Assembly: GCA_902168115.1 (NCBI GenBank)
Contig: CABHPB010000141.1
Location: 1 to 64,000, forward strand
Length of the DNA: 64,000 nucleotides
DNA from: an uncultured Methylopila sp.
Lineage (GTDB): Bacteria; Pseudomonadota; Alphaproteobacteria; Rhizobiales; Methylopilaceae
Reading direction: 5' to 3'
The translations under genes and the position numbers were made by a program. The notes under the pieces were generated by a model. The model saw only the letters and a list, made by a program, of their open reading frames with translations. It did not search any database and was not told the origin of the DNA. Below, one piece after another: positions 49,074 to 58,346 of the stretch (position 1 is its first letter; the number at the start of each line of letters is the position of its first letter).

Positions 49074-49784
49074 CTGGAGACGCTTGCGGCAGGGCTCGGC
49101 CTGGAGCCGGACGATCTCATCGCCATCCGGCTCAGCCTGCTGGTCGCGAGCGTCGCCACGCTCGCCAGCCTGCCCTTCGCGGTGCTGGTCGCGCTCGCGC
49201 TCGCCCGCGGAAAATTCTGGGGCAAGACGCTTCTGGACGGGCTGGTCCACCTGCCCCTCGTCATGCCGCCGGTCGTCACCGGCTATCTGCTGCTGGTGGG
49301 CTTCGGGCGCCGCGGGCCGATCGGCCAGGCGCTCGAGGCCTGCTGCGGGCTGGTGTTCTCGTTCCGCTGGACGGGCGCGGCGCTGGCTGCGGCCGTGATG
49401 GGCTTTCCGCTGATGGTGCGCGCGATCCGCCTGTCGCTGGAGGCCGTCGACCGGCGGCTCGAGGACGCCGCCACGACGCTCGGCGCGGGCCGCCTCGGGG
49501 TGTTCTTCGCCGTCACCCTGCCGCTCGCGGTCCCCGGCCTGCTCGCCGGGATCGTGCTCGCCTTCGCGAAATCCCTCGGCGAGTTCGGCGCGACGATCAC
49601 CTTCGTCTCGAACATTCCCGGCGAGACCCGCACCCTGCCGGCCGCGATCTACACGCTGACCCAGACGCCGGGCGGCGACGAGGCCGCGTTCCGGCTCGTG
49701 CTGATCTCGATCGCGCTGTCGCTCGCGGCGCTGATCGCCTCGGAAATCCTCGCGCGCCGCCTCGCGGGAAGGATCGACGGATGA
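49074..49784 (+). CDS. modB: Molybdate ABC transporter permease. The 5' end is uncertain because no ATG, GTG or TTG is in frame before the GTG at 49182.
   Basis: The frame is open from 49047 and encodes a ModB-like N-terminus (LETLAAGLGLEPDDLIAIRLSLLVASVATLASLPFAVLVALALARG). The track begins at the GTG at 49182. The EAA-loop region is present. Confidence 0.7.
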   Translation: METLAAGLGLEPDDLIAIRLSLLVASVATLASLPFAVLVALALARGKFWGKTLLDGLVHLPLVMPPVVTGYLLLVGFGRRGPIGQALEACCGLVFSFRWTGAALAAAVMGFPLMVRAIRLSLEAVDRRLEDAATTLGAGRLGVFFAVTLPLAVPGLLAGIVLAFAKSLGEFGATITFVSNIPGETRTLPAAIYTLTQTPGGDEAAFRLVLISIALSLAALIASEILARRLAGRIDG

Positions 49785-50851
49785 CCCTGTCGATCGACAT
49801 CCTCCGCACCGTCGGCAGCTTCTCGCTCGACGTCGTGTTCGAGGCGCCACCGGGCGTCACCGCGGTGCTCGGACGCTCGGGCGCCGGCAAGTCGACGCTG
49901 GTCGCAGCGGTCGCCGGCCTCGCGCGCCCCGACGACGGCCGCATCACGCTCGGATCGGACACCCTCTACGAGAAATCCCGCCGCATCGACCTGCCGGCGC
50001 GCAAGCGGCGGATCGGGGTCGTGTTCCAGGACAGCCGGCTGTTCCCGCACCTGTCGGTGAAGTCCAACCTCATGTTCGGGCGCCGGCGCCGCGGGGCGAG
50101 CAGGCCGGACTTCGACGGGGTGGTCGAGACGCTCGGCATCGCGCCGCTGCTCGGCCGGCGGCCGCGCTCGCTGTCGGGCGGAGAACGCCAGCGCGTCGCG
50201 ATCGGTCGCGCGCTACTGTCCGGGCCCCGCGCGCTGCTGTTCGACGAGCCGCTCGCCGCGCTCGACAGCGAGCGCAAGGCCGAGATCATGCCGTTCCTCG
50301 AACAGGTGGCGGCGCAGACCGCCCTGCCCGTCCTCTACGTCACCCACGCGCTCGAGGAGGCGCGGCGGCTCGCCGACCGGCTGGTCGTGCTGGAGGACGG
50401 AAAGGTCTCGGCGCAGGGCGCGGTCGAGGCCGCCATCGCCTCGGCGGGCCTCGTCAGCGCCGGCGACCGCTTCCTCGACGGCGTCGTGGTCGAGGCCGTC
50501 ATCGACGAGATCGACGAGCGCTACCAGTTGTCCGGCTTCGCGCTGGGGCGCCATCGCGTCTGGGCGCCGGGCGTGCTGGGCGAGGTCGGCGGCGTCGCGG
50601 CGCTCAGGCTGCTCGCGCGCGACGTCGCGCTGTCGCTCGATCCGCCGCAGCGCTCCTCGGTCCGCAACGTCCTGCCTGGCGTCGTCCGCAAGATCGCGCG
50701 CGGCGACGGCCCTTACGCGACCGTGCTGGTCGACGTCGGCGGCGCGGTCCTGAAGTCGGAGATCACGCGCCGCTCAGCCGACGAGCTCGGCCTCGCCCCC
50801 GGCCGCGTCGTCCACGCCCTGATCAAGGGCGTGGCGGTCGCACGCGGGTAA
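49781..50851 (+). CDS. modC: Molybdate ABC transporter ATP-binding protein with a C-terminal Mop/TOBE domain.
   Basis: It has Walker A GRSGAGKST, the signature LSGGERQR, and a C-terminal TOBE. Its start overlaps the modB stop. Confidence 0.85.
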   Translation: MTLSIDILRTVGSFSLDVVFEAPPGVTAVLGRSGAGKSTLVAAVAGLARPDDGRITLGSDTLYEKSRRIDLPARKRRIGVVFQDSRLFPHLSVKSNLMFGRRRRGASRPDFDGVVETLGIAPLLGRRPRSLSGGERQRVAIGRALLSGPRALLFDEPLAALDSERKAEIMPFLEQVAAQTALPVLYVTHALEEARRLADRLVVLEDGKVSAQGAVEAAIASAGLVSAGDRFLDGVVVEAVIDEIDERYQLSGFALGRHRVWAPGVLGEVGGVAALRLLARDVALSLDPPQRSSVRNVLPGVVRKIARGDGPYATVLVDVGGAVLKSEITRRSADELGLAPGRVVHALIKGVAVARG

Positions 50852-50859
50852 GCTGTCCC

Positions 50860-52545
50860 TTACGGCTGCGGCTTTGGCGCGTCCGGAGCGGCAGGCGCTG
50901 GCGCGGTCTGGGCGGCCGATTCTGGCTGCGCAGGCGGCGGAGGAGGCGGAGGCGGCAGCGGCTCGAGGCGGCGGAAGGGCAGCGTCCAGGTCTCGGTCAG
51001 CGCCCGGTCGCCGGCCTTCAGGAAGCAGCGGATGTCGACGGTCTGGCCCTTCTCGGCCCGGACGTCGATGCCGACGCGGAAGCCCCGCACCTTCGGATTG
51101 AGCATCAGGAAGCTGCGGATCAGCTGGCCGGACGACACCGACGAGACGATCGAAACCTTGGTCGGGTCCTTGAGGTAGTAAGCGAGCTCGCCGCCGACGA
51201 AGTCGATCAGGAACCGCTGGGTTCCCTCGCCCGGCCCCTCCGGCGCGCCGAGCGCGGCGGCCGGGGCCGAGAAGGTGTTCATGACGCGCCCGCCGCGGTT
51301 GATCTGGGTGTCGTCGGGCATGCAGGTCAGGCGGTAGGCGAAGGCGAGCTCCTTGCCCGGCTCCACCGGCGCCTTTGGCACCCAGTACATGACGGTGTTG
51401 TCGTTGGTCTCGTCCCCGGTGTGGAAGGCGAACAGCTCGATGCGCCCTTCGCCCCATTCGCCATGCGGCTCGATCCAGTAGCTCGGCCGGTTCTCGTAGC
51501 CGAGCTCTAGGTCCTGGTAGTGGTCGTAGTTCCGGTCGCGCTGGATCAGCCCGAACCCCTTCGGGTTGCGGTCGAGGAACTGCGAAGTCTCCGGGTCGCG
51601 CTCGGGATTGACGAGCGGGCGCCAGAGCCACTCGCCCGTGCCGGTGTGGATCAGCAGGCCGTCGCTGTCGTGGAGCTCGGGGCGGAAGTCGGTGAAGCTC
51701 GAGCGGTTCAGCTCGGCGTAGTAGAACATGGAGGTGAGCGGCGCGATGCCGAGCTTCTCGATCGGCTTGCGCGGGACGATCGTGGCGGAGACCTCCACCA
51801 CCGTGTCCTCGCCCGGATAGACCTCGAAGCGGTAGGCGCCGGTCAGCGACACGCTGTCCATCAGCGCGAAGATCACGACGCGGCTGGCGTTCGCGCCCGG
51901 CTGCTCGATCCAGAACTCGCGGAACTCCGGGAACTCCTCCGTCCCGACCGGGCCGCCGGTGCCAACCGTCGCGCCGCGCGCGGACAGGCCATAGACGTCG
52001 CCGCGGCCGAGCACGCGGAAGTAGCTCGCGCCGATGAAGGAGATCAGCTCGTCGAAGTTGCGCGGGTCGTTGAGCGGATAGGCGAGCTTGAAGCCGCCGA
52101 AGCCGAGGTCGACCGGCAGCGGCTTGGCGAGCTTCAGCCCGCCGTAGTCGAACATGGCCGCGGCGTAGGGCACCGGCGCCGCGATGCCGTCGCGCACGAC
52201 GTTCACCACCACCGGCCGCACGAACAGGAAGCCGGGATGGAACAGCTGCAGCCGGAACGGGCTGCCGCCGGCGTCGAGCAGCGACTTTTCGGGCCGGAAG
52301 TTGATGTTGCGGTACTGGTCGAAGGAGAGCTTGTGCAGCTCCTGCGGCAACTCCTTCCCGCCGGCGTCGTAGGGACGGGTCGAGAGATCGCGCGCGCGCT
52401 GGACGACGTCGTCGAATGCGAAGGGCCGCGAGGGCTGCTGCTGGGCGCGCAGCGGGTCTGCGCTGAGCAGCGCTGCGGCTGCGACTCCTGAGGCGAGAGC
52501 GAGCGCGCGGCGGCGCGTGACGGGCGGAAGAATCGTGTCGGGCAT
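50860..52545 (-). CDS. Periplasmic glucan biosynthesis protein of the OpgG/OpgD (MdoG/MdoD) family. The Tat-type signal suggests it is OpgD-like.
   Basis: It has the Tat signal MPDTILPPVTRRRALALASGVAAAALL and the MdoG-family core. It has an unusual C-terminal poly-Pro/Ala tail (PPPPPPPPAQPESAAQTAPAPAAPDAPKPQP). The start was trimmed to the ATG at 52545. Confidence 0.8.
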   Translation of the reverse strand: MPDTILPPVTRRRALALASGVAAAALLSADPLRAQQQPSRPFAFDDVVQRARDLSTRPYDAGGKELPQELHKLSFDQYRNINFRPEKSLLDAGGSPFRLQLFHPGFLFVRPVVVNVVRDGIAAPVPYAAAMFDYGGLKLAKPLPVDLGFGGFKLAYPLNDPRNFDELISFIGASYFRVLGRGDVYGLSARGATVGTGGPVGTEEFPEFREFWIEQPGANASRVVIFALMDSVSLTGAYRFEVYPGEDTVVEVSATIVPRKPIEKLGIAPLTSMFYYAELNRSSFTDFRPELHDSDGLLIHTGTGEWLWRPLVNPERDPETSQFLDRNPKGFGLIQRDRNYDHYQDLELGYENRPSYWIEPHGEWGEGRIELFAFHTGDETNDNTVMYWVPKAPVEPGKELAFAYRLTCMPDDTQINRGGRVMNTFSAPAAALGAPEGPGEGTQRFLIDFVGGELAYYLKDPTKVSIVSSVSSGQLIRSFLMLNPKVRGFRVGIDVRAEKGQTVDIRCFLKAGDRALTETWTLPFRRLEPLPPPPPPPPAQPESAAQTAPAPAAPDAPKPQP

Positions 52546-52699
52546 CACTGTCCGGGCTTGATCGTCGAAAGAGGCCGAGGGCTCTCGGGCGGGAGCCGAG
52601 TCGTAGCCGCCGCCTCGATTTCGAGCAAGGTGGAGAGCCCTGGCCGGGACGCCCTCGGCGATTAAGATTCCGTTAGGAAAAAACACTGTCACAAATCAA

Positions 52700-53158
52700 A
52701 GGTTTCGCTTGCGTGGAGGGGCGAACGCCCTTATCTCCCCGCTTGCCCAATTTCGCGCGTGCCTGTGTCGTGTGTCGGGTTGGCGGGAACTCCCCGCCGG
52801 GCAACCCGATGGCCGGAAATCCCAACCGGCTCTAAGTCGCCTCTCCGGCGGCGGACGCGACGTGAAGCAACGACGTAGAGGGCTTTTTTGGTCTCTGTCG
52901 GCTCTCCAAAGGCCGGCGACACTAAAGAGGCGACTACTTCCTTGCCGGGCGCGTGGCGCGGGTAACTCCCAAACCAAGCGTGGCGACGGTTCCCCAACAA
53001 CGGACATCCGTGTCCGGGGATTGTCGTGACTACGGCGTGATCGAGCGGTTCGGCTTCGCGAGAGGTCGGCCACGGAACGACGCAACTTTCGAACCGCGTG
53101 TCTCCACACCGCGCGGATCGAGGGCGCGCCGATCCACCACGCACATCGTGTTTGGGAC
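52700..53158 (+). ncRNA. Long structured 5' leader of the ornithine decarboxylase gene, a candidate alphaproteobacterial speF-leader RNA motif.
   Basis: This is a 460-nt ORF-free stretch with several local hairpins (for example ggcggg-aactc-cccgcc), directly upstream of odc. Known alphaproteobacterial odc genes carry a conserved leader RNA. I assigned it by context only. Confidence 0.4.
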
Positions 53159-54325
53159 GTGACGACCATGACCTCTCACCTCGACGCCCTCGAGAACGAC
53201 CGCCTCCGAGGATTCCTCCGGAACGCCCAGGCCGACGGCCCGATCATGGTCGTCGACAGCGAGATCGTGCGCGAGAACTACGCCAAGTTCGCCCGCGCCC
53301 TGCCGGACACCCGCGTGTTCTACGCCGTCAAGGCGAACCCGGCGCCGGAGATCCTGCAGCTGCTGGCCGACCTCGGCTCGTGCTTCGACTGCGCCTCGGT
53401 CGTCGAGATCGACATGGCGCTGGCGACCGGCGTGAAGCCCGACCGCATCTCGTTCGGCAACACCATCAAGAAGGAGCGCGACGTCGCCGCCGCCTTCGCC
53501 CGTGGCGTGCGCCTGTTCGCGGTCGACTGCCGCGAGGAAGTCGAGAAGATCGAGCGCTCCGCCCCCGGCGCCCGCGTGTTCTGCCGCATCCTGGCCGACG
53601 GCGCCGGCGCCGAGTGGCCGCTGTCGCGCAAGTTCGGCTGCGTCCCGGCGATGGCCGCCGACGTGCTCGAGCACGCCCACGCCCGCGGCCTCGTCGCGTA
53701 CGGCGTGTCGTTCCATGTCGGCTCGCAGCAGAACAATGTCGGCGCGTGGGACGCCGCGCTCGCCTCCGCCGCGGAGATCTTCCGCGAGTGCGAGCGCCGC
53801 GGCATCTACCTGTCGATGGTGAACCTCGGCGGCGGCTTCCCGACCCGCTACCTGAAGGACATCCCGGCGGTCGACGCCTATGGCAATGCGATCTTCGAGG
53901 CGCTGAAGGCGCATTTCGGCAACCGCATCCCGGAGACCATCATCGAGCCGGGCCGCGGCATGGTCGGCAACGCCGGCGTGATCGAGGCCGAAGTGGTGCT
54001 GATCTCGAAGAAGTCGGACGCCGAGGACGAGATCCGCTGGGTCTATCTCGACATCGGCAAGTTCGGCGGCCTCGCCGAGACCATGGACGAGGCGATCCGT
54101 TACCCGATCCGCACCGCCCATGACGGCGACGCGGTGGCCCCCTGCGTGCTCGCCGGCCCGACCTGCGACTCGGCCGACGTGATGTACGAGAAGGCGCCCT
54201 ACGCGCTGCCGGTCAGCCTCTCGATCGGCGACAAGGTGCTGATCGAGGCCTGCGGGGCCTACACGACCACCTATGCGGCGGTCGCGTTCAACGGCTTCGC
54301 GCCGCTGGCCTCGCACGTCATCTGA
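53159..54325 (+). CDS. Ornithine (or lysine/ornithine) decarboxylase, PLP-dependent fold-type III.
   Basis: It has FYAVKANPAPEILQLL with the PLP lysine, GGGFPTRY, and EPGRGMVG. The protein is 388 aa. Confidence 0.85.
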   Translation: MTTMTSHLDALENDRLRGFLRNAQADGPIMVVDSEIVRENYAKFARALPDTRVFYAVKANPAPEILQLLADLGSCFDCASVVEIDMALATGVKPDRISFGNTIKKERDVAAAFARGVRLFAVDCREEVEKIERSAPGARVFCRILADGAGAEWPLSRKFGCVPAMAADVLEHAHARGLVAYGVSFHVGSQQNNVGAWDAALASAAEIFRECERRGIYLSMVNLGGGFPTRYLKDIPAVDAYGNAIFEALKAHFGNRIPETIIEPGRGMVGNAGVIEAEVVLISKKSDAEDEIRWVYLDIGKFGGLAETMDEAIRYPIRTAHDGDAVAPCVLAGPTCDSADVMYEKAPYALPVSLSIGDKVLIEACGAYTTTYAAVAFNGFAPLASHVI

Positions 54326-54405
54326 GCCCTCAAGGTCCCCCACGGGGGACCGCTCGTCCCACAAAGTGACCCGCAAGGTCGTCTGACCCCCATCAGGAGG
54401 GTTTC

Positions 54406-54957
54406 ATGGCCGTCATTCTTGACGAGGCTCCGGCTGACGCCGGGGCCCGCGAGGCCCTGCTCGACCGCGCCTTCGGCGCAGGCCGTTTCACCAAGACCTG
54501 CGAGCGTCTGCGCGAGGGCCGGATTCCGGCGTCCGGCCTCGCGCTCAAGGCGGTGGACGAGACCGGCCGCATGATCGGCACGCTGCGTTTCTGGCACGTG
54601 ACGATCGGAACGGAGCGGCCCGCGCTCATGCTTGGACCGCTCGCGGTCGAGTCGGCCTCCCGCGAGGGCGGCGTCGGCTCGTCGCTGATGCGCGCAGGCC
54701 TGGCGCGGGCCGCGGCGCTCGGCCACGACGCCGTCATCCTGGTCGGCGACCGGCCTTATTACGAGCGCTTCGGCTTTTCGGGCGAGGCGACGGCGGAGCT
54801 TGAGATGCCCGGCCCGGTGGAGCGGGACAGGTTTCTCGCGCTCGAGCTCAAGGCCGGCGCGCTCGCGGGCGCGTCCGGCGAGGTGCGCGGCGCCGGCGCG
54901 GTCGCCTTCGCGCCGCGCAAGTCCGTCAAAGACCGGGTCGCAGCTCGAGCGGCCTGA
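54406..54957 (+). CDS. GNAT-family N-acetyltransferase adjacent to odc.
   Basis: It has an acetyltransferase fold. AGGAGGG lies upstream of the ATG. It sits 80 nt after odc, with a stem-loop ggtcccc-cacg-ggggacc between them. Confidence 0.7.
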   Translation: MAVILDEAPADAGAREALLDRAFGAGRFTKTCERLREGRIPASGLALKAVDETGRMIGTLRFWHVTIGTERPALMLGPLAVESASREGGVGSSLMRAGLARAAALGHDAVILVGDRPYYERFGFSGEATAELEMPGPVERDRFLALELKAGALAGASGEVRGAGAVAFAPRKSVKDRVAARAA

Positions 54958-55498
54958 TTAGGCTCGCGGACTTCAGGACGCGGGGCTGACGCGGGCCGGC
55001 CTTGTCCGCGAGCAGGAAGGGCTGGACCGGCTGCCTGGTCATCTCGGCGATCAGCAGCCGCTCGCGCCGATTGTAGAGCCGCGTCTCGTCCAGCGAGACG
55101 TAGCTCTTCGGCGCGCCAATCTGGCCGCCCTTGAACACCACCACGCGGTCGGTCAGCACCAGGATGTCGCCGCGCTTCAGCGTCGGGTCGATCAGGTGCC
55201 AGTCGGGATTTGCGACGGGGTCGATGACCCGCGCCATCTGCTGCTTGGCGTCGAAGGGAGACAGCGGATTGAGCATGACGAGCCCGGTCGGCTTGCGGTG
55301 TTTGGCGGTCCGCAGCGGCTTCTTCGCGACGGGCTTTGCGATCGTCACGTCCGGATGCGCGGGCGCTGCGACGGGCGCGGGCTCGCGGCGGCCGAACAGA
55401 AAGTCAAACAGTCCCGCCTGCGCGGTCGACACCGTGAGGAAGCTCGCGACGAAGGCGACCCCGAGCGTCTTCCAGCCACCAAGCTGCTTCCAGCCCAT
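54926..55498 (-). CDS. Hypothetical membrane-anchored or secreted protein of 190 aa.
   Basis: It has an N-terminal hydrophobic segment (TLGVAFVASFLTVSTAQA). It overlaps the GNAT gene end convergently. Confidence 0.45.
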   Translation of the reverse strand: MGWKQLGGWKTLGVAFVASFLTVSTAQAGLFDFLFGRREPAPVAAPAHPDVTIAKPVAKKPLRTAKHRKPTGLVMLNPLSPFDAKQQMARVIDPVANPDWHLIDPTLKRGDILVLTDRVVVFKGGQIGAPKSYVSLDETRLYNRRERLLIAEMTRQPVQPFLLADKAGPRQPRVLKSASLIRPLELRPGL

Positions 55499-55630
55499 CG
55501 ACCCCTCCAGCGACGACTTCTCGCAGGAGCGATGTAGCCGAGAGGCGGCCGGAATGGCGCCGCCCGGGGCCTCCCGGCGGCGCGAAGTTTTAAGTTAAAG
55601 TTAACTCGAATGAAGGGCTTGAGGCTCGCC

Positions 55631-56269
55631 TCACCAGCGCAGCAGGCGCGCCCCCACGGCTGCGCCGACGACCGTCACCAGGCAGACGGCGAGCGTGTAC
55701 CAGACGCCGACGAAGAGCGGGGAGTCGTTCGGGCAGAAGGCGGCGTAGGCCGTCGCGCCGATCGCCCCGGCGAGCAGCCCGGCCGCCGCCCCGAGACCGG
55801 CGGGCGATCCCGGCGCGCCCCGACGCATCGCGAGCAGGATCGCGGCGAGCGGCGCCGCCGAAAACAGCGGCACGTGGACCAGGCAGACGAGCCAGTTGAT
55901 CCCCATCACCCGCTCGCGCCACAGCCCGCTCGGCGTGACATACATCTCGACGAGCATGGCGGCGGCCAGCACCGCGATTGCGCCGAACAGGGCGACACGG
56001 GCGGGGGCGAGCGCCGCGCCCGGACGCGCCAGCCGCATGGCGAGCGCAGCCGCAGCGGCGCCGAATGCGCAGGTCACGACGAACTTCATCGGGAAGCGCA
56101 CCGCCGCGAAGGACGGATCGACCTCCGGACGCGGCGGCAGCATGCCCCACGCGGCGATCCACGCCGCGACCGCGGAGACCGCGAGCGCGATCCACACCGC
56201 CGGCGCCAGGCGCTTCGGCGGCGTCGCCGCGTCTGCGGCGATCGCGCGGATCAGATCCTCGGTCCTCAT
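55631..56269 (-). CDS. nrsF: NrsF-family (DUF1109) membrane anti-sigma factor.
   Basis: It starts MRTEDLIRAIAADAATPPKRL, followed by six TM helices. Its ATG overlaps the sigF stop (ATGA). The track fused it into a 397-aa ORF with a wrong upstream extension. Confidence 0.75.
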   Translation of the reverse strand: MRTEDLIRAIAADAATPPKRLAPAVWIALAVSAVAAWIAAWGMLPPRPEVDPSFAAVRFPMKFVVTCAFGAAAAALAMRLARPGAALAPARVALFGAIAVLAAAMLVEMYVTPSGLWRERVMGINWLVCLVHVPLFSAAPLAAILLAMRRGAPGSPAGLGAAAGLLAGAIGATAYAAFCPNDSPLFVGVWYTLAVCLVTVVGAAVGARLLRW

Positions 56270-56820
56270 TCCCGGAAACTCCTGTAGGCTTGGCTGAGCG
56301 CCGCCAGGCCCCTGTGCAGCGCGACCCTCACCGCGCCTTCGCTCATGCTCAGCTTCTCGGCCGTCTCGCCGATGTCGGCGCCGTCGACCGAAATGGACTT
56401 CACCACCTCGTGCTGGCGGCCCTTCAGGACGGAGATGAGCTTCTCCGCCTCGCCGGGCCTGAGGCCGTCGTCGTCGCCGGCCTCGGCCGGCAGGACCTCC
56501 GCGAAGTCCTCGACCGGCACGTGGACGCGCCGTCCCTTGCGGCGGAGCGCGTCGATCAGCTTGTTGCGCGCGATAGCCGCGACCCACGGCCCGACGGGCT
56601 GGCGTTCGTCCCAGGTGCCGCGCTTCAGATGGATCGCAAGCAGCGTCTCCTGCACCACGTCCTCGACATCTGCGGAGGCGAGCCCGTAGCTCGCCGCCCG
56701 GTTGCGGACGACGCTCCGCACGAAGGGAGCGAGCGCCGACAGCAGACGCCGATAGGCCGCGGCGTCGCCTGCGAGCGCCGACGCCATCCAGTCCGACCAG
56801 TCCGCTTCCCGTTCCTTCAC
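56266..56820 (-). CDS. sigF: ECF-subfamily RNA polymerase sigma factor (SigF-like).
   Basis: It has the sigma-70 region 2 (DVVQETLLAIHLKRGTW) and region 4 (EKLSMSEGAVRVALHRG). It has a GTG start with AAGGA upstream. Confidence 0.85.
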   Translation of the reverse strand: MKEREADWSDWMASALAGDAAAYRRLLSALAPFVRSVVRNRAASYGLASADVEDVVQETLLAIHLKRGTWDERQPVGPWVAAIARNKLIDALRRKGRRVHVPVEDFAEVLPAEAGDDDGLRPGEAEKLISVLKGRQHEVVKSISVDGADIGETAEKLSMSEGAVRVALHRGLAALSQAYRSFRE

Positions 56821-56841
56821 GCAAGGTCCTTTGACGAGGCC

Positions 56842-56867
56842 TACGGCCGAAGTCGGCGGCTTGTTAC
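56842..56867 (-). promoter_or_regulatory. Candidate autoregulatory sigmaF-type promoter for sigF-nrsF, reading GTAACA-N16-CGTA on the minus strand.
   Basis: It matches GTAACC-N16-CGAA at 8/10 positions and lies about 25 nt upstream of the sigF start. Confidence 0.35.
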
Positions 56868-56923
56868 GCGCGCGAGGCGGCGCGGCGGGGCCGAACTTTT
56901 TTCTACACGGATGCGTGACGGAC

Positions 56924-56949
56924 GTAACGGCCCGGCCCGTCGCGGCGAA
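56924..56949 (+). promoter_or_regulatory. SigmaF-type ECF promoter GTAACG-N16-CGAA driving the bufferin operon.
   Basis: It is an exact N16 spacer match to the reported sigmaF consensus. It lies about 55 nt upstream of the bufA ATG and divergent from sigF. Confidence 0.55.
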
Positions 56950-57002
56950 ACCTCCGTCACGAGCCGCGCGACGGCTCGATCGGAGAACTCAGGAGAAACA
57001 CC

Positions 57003-57284
57003 ATGCCTGCTCGCACCGTCAACGCCGCGCTCGCCGGCTCCCTGCTCGCCGCCCTGTCGATCGTCTCGGCCTCGGCCGCCGAGGACAAGATGGCCGGCAA
57101 AGAGAAGTGCTACGGCGTCGCCATGAAGGGCCAGAACGACTGCGCCGCCGGCCCCGGCACCACCTGCGCCGGCACCTCCAAGGTCGACTACCAGGGCAAC
57201 GCCTGGAAGGCCGTGGCCAAGGGCACCTGCACCACCATGAAGACCCCGAAGGGCATGGGCTCGCTCGAGCCGATCAAGATGTGA
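57003..57284 (+). CDS. bufA: DUF2282-family Cys-containing secreted peptide (bufferin precursor, BufA-like).
   Basis: It has the signal peptide [28 protein letters not shown]. The core has 4 Cys ([25 protein letters not shown]...[11 protein letters not shown]). AGGAGAA lies upstream of the ATG. Confidence 0.75.
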   Translation: MPARTVNAALAGSLLAALSIVSASAAEDKMAGKEKCYGVAMKGQNDCAAGPGTTCAGTSKVDYQGNAWKAVAKGTCTTMKTPKGMGSLEPIKM

Positions 57285-57483
57285 CGCTTCTTCCCTGATC
57301 CCTCTCTCGAAGATGGGAGGGTGGCCGAGCCGAAGGCGAGGTCGGGTGGGGTCGGTTCAGAACAAGGCGCGCGGTCGACGCCGCGCTTCACGATCCAAGT
57401 ACCCACCCGTCCCCGGCTGCGTCGGGGCCACTCTCCCCGCTGCCGCGGGCAGGGATCCCCATGCCGCCTCCGGAGCCGACCTC

Positions 57484-58335
57484 ATGACCCCGACCGCCCT
57501 CCCCGCCACATCCGGCGTCGGCTTCAAGCCGGAGCATTTCGCGGCCATCCTCGAGGCCGGCTTCGACGGCTTCCTCGAGGTCCACGCCGAGAACTACATG
57601 GGCGCGGGCGGACCGCCGCACGCGATGCTCGGGCGGTTGCGCGAGGACCATGCGCTGTCGATCCACGGCGTCGGCCTGTCGATCGGCGGGGCCGGACCGC
57701 TCGACCGCGACCACCTCGCCCGCCTCAGGACGCTCTGCGACCGCTACGCACCGGAGAGCTTTTCGGAGCATCTGGCATGGTCGACGCATGACGGCGACTT
57801 CCTCAACGACCTCCTGCCCCTGCCCTACACGCAGGAGACGCTTCGACGCGTGGTCGCGCATGTCGACCAAACGCAGGACGCGCTCGGCCGGAAGATGCTG
57901 CTGGAGAACCCGGCGACCTACGTGACCTTCGCCGAAAGCGACGTTCCCGAGACCGAGTTCCTCGCCGAGATCGCGCGCCGCGCCGGCTGCGGACTGCTGC
58001 TCGACGTCAACAACGTCTTCGTCTCGGCGACCAATCACGGTTTTTCCGCCGACGCCTATCTTGCGGCGTTTCCTCTCGACTTCGTGGGCGAGATCCATCT
58101 CGGGGGGCACGACGCGCAGGAGGACGACGCCGGCGCGCCGCTGCTGATAGACGCCCACGGCGCGCCCGTGGCGGATCCGGTCTGGACGCTCTACGAGCGT
58201 GTGCTGGCGCGGACCGGCCCGATCGCCAGCCTCATCGAATGGGACAACGACGTGCCCGACTGGTCGACGCTCGCCGCCGAAGCGAAGCGCGCCGACGCCC
58301 TGATGGCCGGCGCCGCGCGCCGTCGCGCCGCCTGA
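57484..58335 (+). CDS. bufB: DUF692 / UPF0276 TIM-barrel protein (MNIO multinuclear non-heme iron oxidase, BufB-like).
   Basis: It contains [36 protein letters not shown] and EIHLGGHD. The start was trimmed to the ATG at 57484. The track ORF begins at 57313 with a junk extension. Confidence 0.85.
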   Translation: MTPTALPATSGVGFKPEHFAAILEAGFDGFLEVHAENYMGAGGPPHAMLGRLREDHALSIHGVGLSIGGAGPLDRDHLARLRTLCDRYAPESFSEHLAWSTHDGDFLNDLLPLPYTQETLRRVVAHVDQTQDALGRKMLLENPATYVTFAESDVPETEFLAEIARRAGCGLLLDVNNVFVSATNHGFSADAYLAAFPLDFVGEIHLGGHDAQEDDAGAPLLIDAHGAPVADPVWTLYERVLARTGPIASLIEWDNDVPDWSTLAAEAKRADALMAGAARRRAA

Positions 58336-58346
58336 GGCCCCGCGCC

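Noticed and set aside
55631-56824. 397-aa fused minus ORF.
   Set aside because: It is really two genes: sigF (56266..56820) and nrsF (55631..56269, ATGA-coupled, in the other frame near the junction). The track's N-terminal extension is junk.
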